From contig OY969763.1 of NCBI GenBank assembly GCA_963702845.1, positions 5,024,001-5,088,000 on the forward strand: a stretch of DNA of 64,000 nt, given 5' to 3'. The notes beneath the pieces are model-generated. The model made no database searches. It was not told the DNA's origin and saw only the letters and a list, made by a program, of their open reading frames with translations. Made by a program: the position numbers and the translations under genes. This DNA comes from an uncultured Verrucomicrobiae bacterium. Its GTDB lineage: Bacteria > Verrucomicrobiota > Verrucomicrobiia > Limisphaerales > Palsa-1400. Shown here piece by piece: positions 11,101 to 20,117 of this stretch; the stretch's first letter is position 1; every line of letters starts with the position of its first letter.

Positions 11101-11250
11101 TCCGAGCAACGCATCCAGCGCTCGAACATCGCCGACATGCGCATGGGCTCAGTCTCGATCATGCCGCAAGGCCTCGACGAACAACTGAGCAAACAGGAAC
11201 TGGCTGACCTGGTCGTGTTCCTCAAGTCGTCCGTCGGCGGCACTCACTAG
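8158..11250 (+). CDS. PVC-type heme-binding CxxCH protein (propeller dehydrogenase-like domain, HEAT repeats, cytochrome c)
   Basis: Signal peptide; DTNGDGVAD, FHPTDVLEDADGSLLV; HEAT repeats; RGQAVF..ACSTCH..GPDLT..SIMPQGL. Confidence 0.9.
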   Translation: MKQLLLLAVCASTAAYASTAQFKFAHQTLTVPDGFTVEQVTATDLLPRPIEADFDEQGRLYVTDSSGSNEKPPVQLEQKAHRVLRLEDTKGNGHFDKTTVFADKLTFPEGCLWYNGSLYVSGVPSIWKLTDTNGDGVADLREEWHLGKTMTGCANDLHGPYLGLDGWIYWCKGAFAEQTYDDPGHKPISSRASHIFRKRPKGGIVESVLTGGMDNPVGLTFTPEGERILSGTFFVHPEAGDRDGLIHAIYGGVYGKPHPDVLDGHKKTGELMPLMTHLGPAAACGLTRYQSTQFGNDFQNNLFVCCFNLRKVVRVVQEPDGATYKTKEQDFVVSDSTDFHPTDVLEDADGSLLVVDTGGWYKICCPTSQLWKPDSLGAIYRIRKSGAHKVEDPRGLKLDWSNTEAEQLTKLLDDKRPVVVERAIQQLGKIGHPAVQPLSNVLTKSPSVEARRNAVWALTRINDKTARDAARYALMDANESVRHAAIHSVSVWRDADAQFPLHPLMRTGSAQIRRAAAETLGRLQSKAAISALFDGAPTKHDRVLEHSITYALIDIDDPAATVIGLTNTNVFAQRCAYIALDQMDNGGLKPEQVSPLLLSSDTNLKETGAWLVSHHPEWGEALAGLLRDALNKASTPEQQDALEKQLAQLASNAKVQELLAESVTAESKPAQLIAVRAMTQAHLRAAPIAWGTALSKALAGSNATLVREAVSTARYVTFEERPPGLSDALVRVANNSALPDEERLNALAAARSQIKLDPELFEFVRAQLDPNKPVAARVTAASVIERAKLTPEQLKALTENVKAVGPMELTHLLAAYGHASEEALGMSIVEALKESKARSTLRADAVKPQFAKFPAPVQQKLDEFLKSLNVDSAKQQAHIDDLLSQIKGGNIYRGQAVFNGAKAACSTCHSIGYGGGHVGPDLTRVGQIRTERDILEAIVYPSSSFVRSFEPFIVTTKDGEDYSGVIKKDAPDEVILATGPQSEQRIQRSNIADMRMGSVSIMPQGLDEQLSKQELADLVVFLKSSVGGTH

Positions 11251-13269
11251 TTATTCGTCGCTGCTCGCCAGTTTTGCCAACACGCTGAAATCTTCGAGTG
11301 TCGTGGTGTCGCCTTTGATTTCGACGCCGGTGGCGATTTGTTTCAGTAAACGGCGCATGATTTTACCGGAGCGGGTCTTGGGCAATGTTTCGGCAAAACG
11401 GATGTCGTCCGGCTTCGCCACGGGGCCGATTTCTTTGGCGACGTGAGCGCGCAACTCTTCACGAATAGCAGGACTGGCTTTGATGCCGGTTTTTAAAGTG
11501 ACGAATGCGACTAAGGCCTGGCCTTTTAAATCGTCGGGACGGCCGACGACGGCGGCTTCGGCAACTTTTTGGTTGCTGACCAATGCGCTTTCAACTTCGG
11601 CAGTGCCGATGCGGTGGCCGGCGACGTTCAGGACGTCGTCGATGCGGCCGACGATCCAGAAGTAACCGTCTTTGTCCTGACGGCATCCGTCACCAGTAAA
11701 ATAGCTGCCTTTGACTTCGCTCCAGTACGTTTCGACGAAACGTTTTGGGTCGCCCCAGATGCCGCGGAGCATGCTCGGCCATGGTTTGCGGACGACGAGT
11801 TTGCCGCCGGAATTTTTCGGGACGGGGTTGCCTTCATTATCCACGACTTCGGGCAGGATGCCGAAGAAAGGGAGCGTGGCGGTGCCGGGCTTGGTCGGGG
11901 TCGCACCGGGAAGCGGGCTAATCATGATGCCGCCGGTTTCAGTTTGCCACCAGGTATCGACAATCGGGCAACGTTTACCGCCGATGACTTCGTGATACCA
12001 CATCCACGCTTCCGGATTGATCGGTTCGCCAACCGTGCCGAGCACGCGCAGGGAACTGAGATCGTGTTTCTTCGGCCATTGGGTGCCCCACTTCATGAAG
12101 GCGCGAATGGCGGTCGGCGCGGTGTAGAGAATGGTGATGCCGTATTTGGCGATGATACGCCAGAAACGGTCGGACTCGGGCCAGTTGGGCGCGCCTTCAT
12201 ACATGAAGCTAGTTGCGCCGTTGGCGAGCGGGCCGTAAACGACGTAGCTGTGGCCGGTTACCCAACCGATATCGGCCGTGCACCAATAGACATCTTCATC
12301 GCGCAGATCGAAAACGTATTTGGTGCTGAGTTTCGCGCCGAGCAAATAACCGGCGGTGGTGTGCAGGATGCCTTTGGGTTTGCCGGTCGAACCGCTGGTG
12401 TAAAGAATGAAGAGCGGGGCTTCGCTGTCCATTTTTTCGGCGGGACAGTTGGCGTCAACGTATTCGAGTTCGCGATGCCACCAGACGTCGCGGCCTTCCT
12501 GGATGTGGATTTCGTTGTTGGCGCGGCGCAGGACGACGACTTTTTCGATCGTTTTGGCGAGTTGGTTGCCTTCGGCATCTTTGATGTCGAGTGCGTCGTC
12601 GACGTTTTTCTTGAGCGGGACGACTGCACCACGACGATAACCGCCATCACAGGTGATGACGAGTTTCGCCTGGCAATCCTGAATACGGTCCGCAACGGAT
12701 TGGGCACTGAAACCGCCGAAGACGACGGAATGCACCGCGCCGATGCGGGTGCAGGCGAGCATGGCGATGGCGGCTTCGGGGACCATCGGCAGATATATAA
12801 TGATTCGGTCGCCTTTTTTGATGCCGTTGCGTTTGAGAACGTTTGCGAAGAGGCAGACTTCGTGATGGAGTTGCTTGTAGGTTAGCGTGCGTTCTTCCCC
12901 GACTTTGCCGGGTGATGCTGGTTCGCCTTCCCAAATGAGCGCGGCCTTGTTGGCGGTGGCGGTGCCGAGATGTTGGTCGAGGCAGTTGTAGCTGACGTTG
13001 GTTTTGCCGCCTATGAACCATTTGGCGTAGGGCAGTTTCCATTGCAGGACTTTGCCGAAAGGCTTGAACCAGACGAGTTCCTGCTTGGCGGTGCGGCCCC
13101 AGAATTTTTCGGGCTGCTTGATGGATTCGTTGTAGAGCTTCTTATATTCGGCCATCGATTTGATGTGGGCCTTGCTCGAGAATTCTTTCTTGGGTGGAAA
13201 AACGCGGGTTTCCTGAAGCATGGAGGTGATGTTGGCTCCGGGTGCGTTGCTGGATTTAATTTTGTCCAT
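11251..13269 (-). CDS. acs: Acetyl-CoA synthetase (acetate--CoA ligase)
   Basis: [34 protein letters not shown]; likely start ATG 13269 downstream of a sigma70-like promoter. Confidence 0.97.
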   Translation of the reverse strand: MDKIKSSNAPGANITSMLQETRVFPPKKEFSSKAHIKSMAEYKKLYNESIKQPEKFWGRTAKQELVWFKPFGKVLQWKLPYAKWFIGGKTNVSYNCLDQHLGTATANKAALIWEGEPASPGKVGEERTLTYKQLHHEVCLFANVLKRNGIKKGDRIIIYLPMVPEAAIAMLACTRIGAVHSVVFGGFSAQSVADRIQDCQAKLVITCDGGYRRGAVVPLKKNVDDALDIKDAEGNQLAKTIEKVVVLRRANNEIHIQEGRDVWWHRELEYVDANCPAEKMDSEAPLFILYTSGSTGKPKGILHTTAGYLLGAKLSTKYVFDLRDEDVYWCTADIGWVTGHSYVVYGPLANGATSFMYEGAPNWPESDRFWRIIAKYGITILYTAPTAIRAFMKWGTQWPKKHDLSSLRVLGTVGEPINPEAWMWYHEVIGGKRCPIVDTWWQTETGGIMISPLPGATPTKPGTATLPFFGILPEVVDNEGNPVPKNSGGKLVVRKPWPSMLRGIWGDPKRFVETYWSEVKGSYFTGDGCRQDKDGYFWIVGRIDDVLNVAGHRIGTAEVESALVSNQKVAEAAVVGRPDDLKGQALVAFVTLKTGIKASPAIREELRAHVAKEIGPVAKPDDIRFAETLPKTRSGKIMRRLLKQIATGVEIKGDTTTLEDFSVLAKLASSDE

Positions 13270-13289
13270 AAAAGCTGAAAATTTTGGCG

Positions 13290-13319
13290 ATTTTATCGGG
13301 GCGCGGTGAGGGGCGTCAA
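13290..13319 (-). promoter_or_regulatory. Sigma70-like promoter of acs
   Basis: TTGACG-N18-TAAAAT on the minus strand. Confidence 0.55.
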
Positions 13320-13356
13320 TCGCCGAAGTGAGAGTGGTACCACAGCGATCCCAGGG

Positions 13357-13380
13357 TAAGTCGGTAAGTTGGTGAGTTGG
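13357..13380 (-). repeat. Three tandem CCRACTYA octamers, module copy C
   Basis: Minus strand CCAACTCA CCAACTTA CCGACTTA. Confidence 0.8.
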
Positions 13381-13420
13381 TACGAAAGTGGGTGGAAATG
13401 CGGTGGCGCGAGGAAAAGTT

Positions 13421-13524
13421 TTTTTGGGCGTTAATGGGTAGAATCGGACGGAAGCGGTCATTATTGGATGAAAGTGGACGTTAATGGGCACCCTCCTTTG
13501 GGTTAATTGGGCACTAATGGGCAG
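13421..13524. repeat. 10-bp-period degenerate array, module copy C
   Basis: tttttgggcg|ttaatgggta|gaatcggacg|gaagcggtca|ttattggatg|aaagtggacg|ttaatgggca, then three more TGGG units after a phase shift. Confidence 0.75.
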
Positions 13525-13670
13525 GAAAGTTTCAAGTAAAGATGGGCACAGGTCGACAGAGTTGGACGATCGGCGATCGGCGATAGCAATGGCCATTGGT
13601 TTCATAACTGACCTTTCAAATTTTCCGCAGAGCGCCAGTGCTCAGCGGGCATGGGTTATCCGTGCGGGGA

Positions 13671-13790
13671 GAATTGTTGCAGGAAGTCACGGCCTGTCAA
13701 AAAATGTAGGGAAAGGAGGGAAGCCAGGGAAAGAAACGGCACTTTTTTGTGACTAAATCTATCAACTGAACTGGTTGGCATGGTTTTTGA
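13671..13790. promoter_or_regulatory. Conserved divergent-promoter block (direct homolog at 39537-39657)
   Basis: Minus: TTGACA-N16-AACAAT with extended TG (13673-13700); three AGGGAA at 9-bp period; plus: TTGGCATGGTTTTTGA (13775-13790), sigma54-like GG-N10-GA. Confidence 0.7.
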
Positions 13791-13944
13791 AAGGAGCATT
13801 AACCACGGAGCAGAGGACTCAGCCGAAGAGAACACAAAACGACTCGCGAGGGGGCGCCGAAATTGCTTTGACCGTCAACTATTAAGCGGGTTTGCTAGGG
13901 GAAATAATTAATGTCTTATCGGGAATTATTCTTGGTGAATTGGA

Positions 13945-16900
13945 ATGAAAACTACTCTCTTGTTGGTCGCTGCGTGCCTTGATCTGGCCATGGGCGTGCG
14001 TGCATCAGGGCCGAACATCGTCATGCAGCCGGCGAATCAGCGGACTTGTAGCGGCGGGAACGTCATGTTCAGTGTGTATTCGGATGACACGAACGCGCTG
14101 TCGTATCAGTGGTTCAAAGGTGAAAATCGTATTGCCGGGGCGACGGATGCGAGGTTGGTGCTGAGGAATGTGACCGATGCGGATGTGGATAGTTATTCGG
14201 TGATGGTCAGAGTTGGTGCGGATTCGACGGTGAGTTCGAATGCGACGCTGATTTTGTATGCGGATGGGAATGTGATGGGTAATTCGGTTTTACTGAGCCC
14301 GCAATTAGAGTCGCTCAGCCGGATCAAAGCGGTGGCTTGCGGTTATAATCATGGGCTGGCGCTTCGGTATGATGGGACGTTGTTAACGTTCGGCAGGCCG
14401 GTAAGTGGGCAGTATCAAGGGCCTTACAATATTTTCTCGTATTTGCCCCCTGGGCTGACAAACGCAACCGCGATTGCGGTTGATGATACGTCTGTAGGAA
14501 TGGCGCTGCAGGCGAATGGGATCCCGCGCGTTTGGGCGTTTGAAGCGTCGCGCGAATTGCCGGTTCCCGCCGAAGCACACGATGTTGTTGATATTGCCGC
14601 GACGACTGCGGTGGCGGTGGCGTTGCGAGCGGATGGAACGGTGGTTTGCTGGCAGTTCAACACCAATTCAGGCGCATTCGGTGCTACCAATTCAGGTGCG
14701 TTCGTTCCTGACCCAATTACTGATGCGGTGGCCATTTCGGCGCAATCGCAAGTTGCGTCGGTGCTGCGCCGTAATGGAACGGTTTTGCAATGGAATCAGT
14801 CCGGCATGGTTCAATTCACACCTGACGTAACGAACGTGTGCAAACTCGTTACGGGGAATTTTAGTGTGGTGATGTTGCAGGATGGAGAGGTCATCACCTG
14901 GTTTCAGGGTGGCGGTTACAATGGCGCGTCCCAAACTGTTGTTCCTACTCTAATTCTTGATCCGCCTACTAACATTGTGGAATTGGCGCTAAATAACGAG
15001 GTGTTGACCAGTGATGGGTCGTTAGTGCCGTTGCAATCGTCCCCTTTTGGGGTGAATACACGCGTCGGGCTAGGGCTGGTAGAACATGTTGCAGGTTCGG
15101 TCATGATACGGCAGGCGGACACGCCGGTGATTTTTTATCTGTATATAGCGCCACAACTGACAGGGCAGCTGCCGGTGGTGCTGGGACAGTCGGCGAAGCT
15201 TCTTGCGGGAGAAGCGCGCAAGATCCTGGTGAGTGCGGCTGGCCGTGCGCGGTTGTCTTATCAATGGTTCAAAGACGGCAAAATAGTTGCGGGCGCGACC
15301 TCGTCTGCGTTGTACCTGCGTGGGTTAACGACCGACTCAGGCTCGTACACTGTGCTGGTGAGGAATCGTGCCGGAGCGACAACGAGCCACGCGGTCGATG
15401 TTTCTGTCGCGCAACCGGCGCTGACGGTGAGTGGTTTGCCAAGTATTCGGACCACGAACGATACGGTGCATTACGAAGGGACTTACCCAATCGGCAACAC
15501 GCTCATGATTGGGGTTTATCCAACCGTGCGGATTCCCCCTCCTCCTCCTCCTCCTCCTATCGCGCCTTCTGTTTTCCAGTACGTGCCGACAGGGCCGACG
15601 TACGGGCCGACGCCAACACTTGAAACCAACGGTTCGATCGTCAGTTGGTCGGTGGACTTTCCTCTGCCAGCGGGCACGAACGCATTTTCGTTTTGGAATG
15701 TCGGGCCGGATCAGGGTGCAACGATCACGAGACAGGTTTATCGGGTTGCAACGAGCAGGCTGACGATGAATATATTTGGTGGCTACGTCCAACCGAACTT
15801 GAACGGGCGGGAACTCGAGGTCGGCAAAACATACACGCTGCGAGCCAGTCCAGCCATTGGGTTTTACTTTGCCGGATGGTATGAAGCTTCGAGCAATTCC
15901 CCTGTCGTGATCTCTGGCAATTTAAATTCGCCAACCTTCACCTTCACGATGGTTTCTAATCTTGTGGTGAATCCGCTTTTTCATCCTAATCCGTCTCAGG
16001 CGTTCAACGGATTGTACCGCGGATTGGTTTACCCCGACGAAGGCATTGACCATGAGACCTCGGGTTATATCGAAGTGCTTCTGGAACGTTGGGGAACGTA
16101 CACCGCACGCTTGTTGCTCGGCGGCACAACGTATCGTTTTTCCGGAAGTTTTTCTAACCCTGCAACAAACTCACTTATAGAATACCCGGGGCTTCAAACA
16201 GTTGTTTACCTGCCGCGGCCAGGCAAAGTGCCACTTACGGTGTTATTGAGTCGTGGTTACGGCATCGAGGGATATGTAACGGATAATTACACGTATTCGT
16301 TTATTGCGGCAGACTTGCCGGCCTACAATCCGGATCAAGCCGGCAGGTATACAGTTGTTTTTGCAGGGGCGACCAACAACGTAGGGCCGTTCGGTAACGG
16401 TTATGCCACCGTGATGGTCAGTGCAGCCGGGGCTTTAACGATGGTCGGCAGCCTCGCGGACGGGACGCCGATCAGTCAAAGCACTGCGGCGTTGCAAAAT
16501 GGCATGTTTCCGTTGTATGTGCCGCTTTATAAAGGGAATGGATCGATAATCAGTTGGGTGCCGGTGCAATCGATTGCTCTAAACTTTCCCTTCAGTTGGA
16601 CTCGACCGAGCGATTCGACAGGCGGGTTGTTTGCGCAGGGTTTTACGAATGAGTTTTTGCTCACCGCTTCGAGGTATTCGCCGACAGGAAATGTTTTTGG
16701 GACAAATCAGGCGTCGATTTTTGTGCAGAGCGAGGACGGCAATGTGAATTTAGTTGATCCATGTGCGATTTCGAGCTCTGGGGCGCTCAGCATTGATCCG
16801 TCGTCAGGGGATGATCTGCACATCTACGTCAATCGAGCGACTGGGTCTTTTAGCGGAAGTTTTGTTGCTCCGGACACTAAACAGGTCGTTCCGGTGCGTG

Positions 16901-16980
16901 GGGCGATTTTGCAGAATCTGCATCAGGCATGGGGATACTTTTTGCGGACGAACCAGAGTGGGGCGTTTGGGATGCAGTAG
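13945..16980 (+). CDS. Secreted protein with Ig-like domains, RCC1/BLIP-II-like repeats, poly-Pro linker, InlB-B-repeat-like domain and C-terminal beta domain
   Basis: Signal peptide; LSYQWFK twice; AVACGYNHGLALRYDGTL and ALRADGTVVCW repeats; LEVGKTYTLRA.P..GFYFAGW. Confidence 0.75.
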   Translation: MKTTLLLVAACLDLAMGVRASGPNIVMQPANQRTCSGGNVMFSVYSDDTNALSYQWFKGENRIAGATDARLVLRNVTDADVDSYSVMVRVGADSTVSSNATLILYADGNVMGNSVLLSPQLESLSRIKAVACGYNHGLALRYDGTLLTFGRPVSGQYQGPYNIFSYLPPGLTNATAIAVDDTSVGMALQANGIPRVWAFEASRELPVPAEAHDVVDIAATTAVAVALRADGTVVCWQFNTNSGAFGATNSGAFVPDPITDAVAISAQSQVASVLRRNGTVLQWNQSGMVQFTPDVTNVCKLVTGNFSVVMLQDGEVITWFQGGGYNGASQTVVPTLILDPPTNIVELALNNEVLTSDGSLVPLQSSPFGVNTRVGLGLVEHVAGSVMIRQADTPVIFYLYIAPQLTGQLPVVLGQSAKLLAGEARKILVSAAGRARLSYQWFKDGKIVAGATSSALYLRGLTTDSGSYTVLVRNRAGATTSHAVDVSVAQPALTVSGLPSIRTTNDTVHYEGTYPIGNTLMIGVYPTVRIPPPPPPPPIAPSVFQYVPTGPTYGPTPTLETNGSIVSWSVDFPLPAGTNAFSFWNVGPDQGATITRQVYRVATSRLTMNIFGGYVQPNLNGRELEVGKTYTLRASPAIGFYFAGWYEASSNSPVVISGNLNSPTFTFTMVSNLVVNPLFHPNPSQAFNGLYRGLVYPDEGIDHETSGYIEVLLERWGTYTARLLLGGTTYRFSGSFSNPATNSLIEYPGLQTVVYLPRPGKVPLTVLLSRGYGIEGYVTDNYTYSFIAADLPAYNPDQAGRYTVVFAGATNNVGPFGNGYATVMVSAAGALTMVGSLADGTPISQSTAALQNGMFPLYVPLYKGNGSIISWVPVQSIALNFPFSWTRPSDSTGGLFAQGFTNEFLLTASRYSPTGNVFGTNQASIFVQSEDGNVNLVDPCAISSSGALSIDPSSGDDLHIYVNRATGSFSGSFVAPDTKQVVPVRGAILQNLHQAWGYFLRTNQSGAFGMQ
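15538..15558 (+). repeat. (CCT)7 microsatellite encoding poly-proline
   Basis: ccc followed by seven cct codons gives P8. Confidence 0.9.
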
Positions 16981-17026
16981 TGCGAGATCAGACGAAAAGA
17001 TAAACAATGTGCTGAGCTGAACTGAG

Positions 17027-17458
17027 ATGACTAACCCCGCTGCGGAAAAGATACCGATCTACACTCCGAAACAGATCTTTGCTGGTTCTGTGTTAGGCGG
17101 ACCAGTAGCTCTCGTTTACTTCCTACGGAGCAATTTTCAACGATTGGGGAATGCATCCGCAGCAAAACAAACGCTGATTTGGGGGACATTATTCAATCTC
17201 GCAGTCATCGTGATGCTCCCGTTCCTGCCAGAACGATTCCCAAAATTTATCTTTCCGTTGGCCTACAGTTGGGCGGCTCGCGCCATCGCGGACAGCAGGC
17301 AGTTGAACAACGAAGCTATTGCAGCGTCAGATCGGTATCGGTTTCGCTCCAACTGGGCAGTGGTTGGTTGGAGTATTGCATTAGTCGTGGGCACGCTAGT
17401 AGTGTGGTTTGGAATTCTACTCCTTCTCGATCATTTCCACGTAATCAACCTCGGCTGA
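17027..17458 (+). CDS. Hypothetical multi-pass membrane protein
   Basis: 143 aa with several hydrophobic segments (GSVLGGP motif). Confidence 0.75.
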   Translation: MTNPAAEKIPIYTPKQIFAGSVLGGPVALVYFLRSNFQRLGNASAAKQTLIWGTLFNLAVIVMLPFLPERFPKFIFPLAYSWAARAIADSRQLNNEAIAASDRYRFRSNWAVVGWSIALVVGTLVVWFGILLLLDHFHVINLG

Positions 17459-17523
17459 CCCAGTTTGGTTGAAGACGGAGACGAACTCTCGACATCGCGG
17501 GGCCTTCTTGGAAAACTGGCGAC

Positions 17524-18129
17524 GTGAAACAATCTGTTGTTTGTCTTGATCTCGAAGGTGTTCTGGTCCCCGAAATTTGGATCAATGTCGCGGAGAAAAC
17601 TAAGATTCCCGAACTGCGGCGCACCACTCGGGATGAGCCTGACTACGACAAGTTGATGCGCGGGCGGATTGAGATTTTGGATAAGCATGGGTTGAAGCTG
17701 TCGCATATCCAGGAGGTCATTGGGGAGATGGAGCCGTTGCCGGGTGCGATTGAATTTATGCGGGAACTGCGGTCGATGACGCAGGTGGTTATTTTGTCGG
17801 ATACGTTTGATCAATTCGCCAAGCCGATTATGAAGCAATTGGGTTGGCCGACGATTTTTTGCAACCAATTGATCATCGAGAATGGACGCATCGCCGGTTA
17901 TAAAATGCGGCAGGAGCATCCGAAGAAGAGCGCGGTGATTGCGCTGAAGAGCTTGAATTATTTCATCATCGCGGCCGGGGATTCGTTCAATGACACGTTG
18001 ATGTTAGCGGAGGCGAATATCGGGTTTTTGTTCCACGCGCCGGATAATATTAAGAAGCAGTTTCCGCAGTATAAGACTTACGAGGAGTATAATGAGCTGC
18101 TTTCGGCGATGAAGAAGGAATTGGCGTAG
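17524..18129 (+). CDS. thrH: Phosphoserine phosphatase / homoserine phosphotransferase ThrH
   Basis: CLDLEGVLVPEIW, TTRDEPDYD, ILSDTF, AAGDSFND. Confidence 0.95.
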   Translation: MKQSVVCLDLEGVLVPEIWINVAEKTKIPELRRTTRDEPDYDKLMRGRIEILDKHGLKLSHIQEVIGEMEPLPGAIEFMRELRSMTQVVILSDTFDQFAKPIMKQLGWPTIFCNQLIIENGRIAGYKMRQEHPKKSAVIALKSLNYFIIAAGDSFNDTLMLAEANIGFLFHAPDNIKKQFPQYKTYEEYNELLSAMKKELA

Positions 18130-18132
18130 GCA

Positions 18133-18171
18133 AAATCCGAAATCCGAAATTCGAAACAAATTCCAAATTCG
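18133..18171. repeat. Heptamer tandem repeat (AAATYCG)
   Basis: aaatccg aaatccg aaattcg ... aaattcg. Confidence 0.75.
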
Positions 18172-18300
18172 ACTGAGAGGCAACAGCGGCAGAGGGGCCG
18201 AACGTCGGCGTCGCATTCCGCAGTCCAAGACGCTTCGCGAGGATTTGACGCGGGTACCATGTTATAAGCTCTGCGGCTTTTTCAAGACCTGAGGAAGTTA

Positions 18301-18324
18301 GAGACTCGTTACCTCGTCTCCTAC
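18301..18324 (-). repeat. GTAG-type REP-like hairpin
   Basis: Minus strand GTAG-GAGAC-N10-GTCTC just after the gpsA stop. Confidence 0.55.
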
Positions 18325-18329
18325 AAATA

Positions 18330-19310
18330 TTAATGTTCGCGTTTGAGTTCGCGGGTCATCAAATCGTGGACGGCGCGGCGGATGTCTTTGCCGCGATAAA
18401 GCATTTCGTGGACTTCGTCGATGATGGGGGTTTTGACGTTTACTTTGCGCGCGAGTTGGTAGGCGGAACGGGCGGTTGGGTAGCCTTCGGCGACGGTGAT
18501 GGTGCTGGCCAAGATGTCGGCGACTTTTTCGCCGCGACCGACGCGTTCGCCGAAACCGCGATTGCGGCTCAATTTTGAAAAGCACGTCACCGTGAGGTCC
18601 CCCAAGCCGCTGAGTCCGGCGAAGGTTTCGGTGTGGGCGCCGCACGCCACTCCCAAGCGGCGGATTTCCACGATGGCGCGGGTGACCAGGGCGGCTTTGG
18701 CGTTGTCGCCGAAGCCAAGGCCGTCGCCAATGCCGCCGGCGATGGCGACAACGTTTTTCACAGCGCCGCCCAGTTCGACACCGAGGACGTCGCTGGTCGT
18801 GTAAACGCGAAAGGAGGGTGTGCTGAAAAGATGTTGGACGGTTTTGGCGATTTCGATGTCGGGATGGGCGGCAACGATTGCGGCGGGAATATTTTGCGCA
18901 ACTTCCATGGCGAGGGTCGGTCCGGAAAGGGCGGCGGCGGAAGCGCCGGGCATGGTTTCGCGCAAAATGCCGGACATGGTAAGGCCGGTTTCGTATTCGA
19001 TTCCTTTGGTGACACTGACGGCGATGCCTTTGAAGTGCTCGAGGCCATTGGCGACTTCGCGAAAGTATTTCGATGGGACAGCGATGACGGCGCACTCGGC
19101 GGAGTGAATCGCTTTGTCGAGGCCTGGCTCGAAGTGGAGTTCCGGCGAAAGGGCGATGCTGGGTAGGTAACGATGGTTTTTTCCGGCACGCTTGACGATT
19201 TCGAGATTTTCAACGTCATGTCCCCACAACGTGACGGCGTGTCCGTTCTGACAAAGCAGATTTGCGAGGGCTGTTCCCCAGGCTCCCGCACCGACGACTG
19301 TAACGCGCAT
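18330..19310 (-). CDS. gpsA: NAD(P)H-dependent glycerol-3-phosphate dehydrogenase
   Basis: GAGAWGTALA, TKGIE, GGAVKNVVAIA, GLGDL..TC.S..SRNR. Confidence 0.97.
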   Translation of the reverse strand: MRVTVVGAGAWGTALANLLCQNGHAVTLWGHDVENLEIVKRAGKNHRYLPSIALSPELHFEPGLDKAIHSAECAVIAVPSKYFREVANGLEHFKGIAVSVTKGIEYETGLTMSGILRETMPGASAAALSGPTLAMEVAQNIPAAIVAAHPDIEIAKTVQHLFSTPSFRVYTTSDVLGVELGGAVKNVVAIAGGIGDGLGFGDNAKAALVTRAIVEIRRLGVACGAHTETFAGLSGLGDLTVTCFSKLSRNRGFGERVGRGEKVADILASTITVAEGYPTARSAYQLARKVNVKTPIIDEVHEMLYRGKDIRRAVHDLMTRELKREH

Positions 19311-19311
19311 A

Positions 19312-19944
19312 TTACGTTTTCTTTTTGCCGATGCGGTTTTCGGTGCCGTTCATCAGACGTTGGATGTTGGCCTTGTGTTTGTAAATGGCGAGCGCGCCAA
19401 GTGCCGCGAGCGCGTAGACAATGGCGGGATAGCCGACGGATGCGGACGGACTGCCGCGCCAAACCCAGCCGGCGATGGGCAAACTAATGGCAGCAGCGAT
19501 CGAGGCGACGGACACATATTTCGTCCCGATGGCGAAAGCAACCCAAACGACAAGTGCCGTCAGACCGGCCAACGGGGACCATGCAAAAAGAACGCCGCCC
19601 GTGGTAGCGACACCTTTGCCGCCTTTAAACTTCAGCCAGCAGGTGTAGTTGTGACCAAGAATGGCGCCGATGCCGCTAAGGAGGGACAGGGTTTGTTTGG
19701 ATGCGTCCGGGAAGAATTTGATGAGAATTATCGGCACTAGCAGACACGCGAGCACGCCTTTGATGAAGTCGACGAGCAACACCACTATTCCCGGTCCTTT
19801 GCCGAGCGTGCGAAAAACATTGGTCGCGCCGATGTTGCCGCTACCGACTTTGCGCACGTCGATGCCTTTGGCTTTGCCCGCGAGATAACCCGTGGGCAGC
19901 GAGCCGATCAAGTATGCGGCGATAATGGCGATGATGTATCCGAT
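19312..19944 (-). CDS. plsY: Glycerol-3-phosphate 1-O-acyltransferase PlsY (start codon uncertain)
   Basis: YLIGSLP, GSGNIGATNVFR, GHNY..FKGGKGVAT, HKANIQRL..GTE. Confidence 0.93.
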   Translation of the reverse strand: MGYIIAIIAAYLIGSLPTGYLAGKAKGIDVRKVGSGNIGATNVFRTLGKGPGIVVLLVDFIKGVLACLLVPIILIKFFPDASKQTLSLLSGIGAILGHNYTCWLKFKGGKGVATTGGVLFAWSPLAGLTALVVWVAFAIGTKYVSVASIAAAISLPIAGWVWRGSPSASVGYPAIVYALAALGALAIYKHKANIQRLMNGTENRIGKKKT

Positions 19945-20020
19945 GCGCTTACCTTTAATTCGTTGTGCGGCTGAGTCAACTGGTTTGTGGCGCGTGAGTT
20001 CAATTACGAAAAAACGGCCT

Positions 20021-20055
20021 CCTCTCCCTGACCTCTCCTCCAACGGAGGTGAGGG
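20021..20055. repeat. REP-like hairpin between divergent plsY and the VanZ-family gene
   Basis: CCTCTCCTCC-aac-GGAGGTGAGG stem with one mismatch. Confidence 0.55.
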
Positions 20056-20117
20056 CGAAGAACTGCGCGGCAGTTTTGCATTGCAATCGGGTGACGGTTC
20101 TCTTGTTCTTAGCGGTC

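Noticed and set aside
11569..12885. 438-aa plus-strand ORF and similar long antisense ORFs (e.g. 2843..3856, 27603..28460, 53130..54101)
   Set aside because: Shadow frames opposite well-supported genes in GC-rich DNA, with no recognisable motifs.
13745..13770. IHF site within the promoter block
   Set aside because: TATCAA is present, but the downstream TTR of the WATCAANNNNTTR consensus is missing and copy B has TGTCAA.
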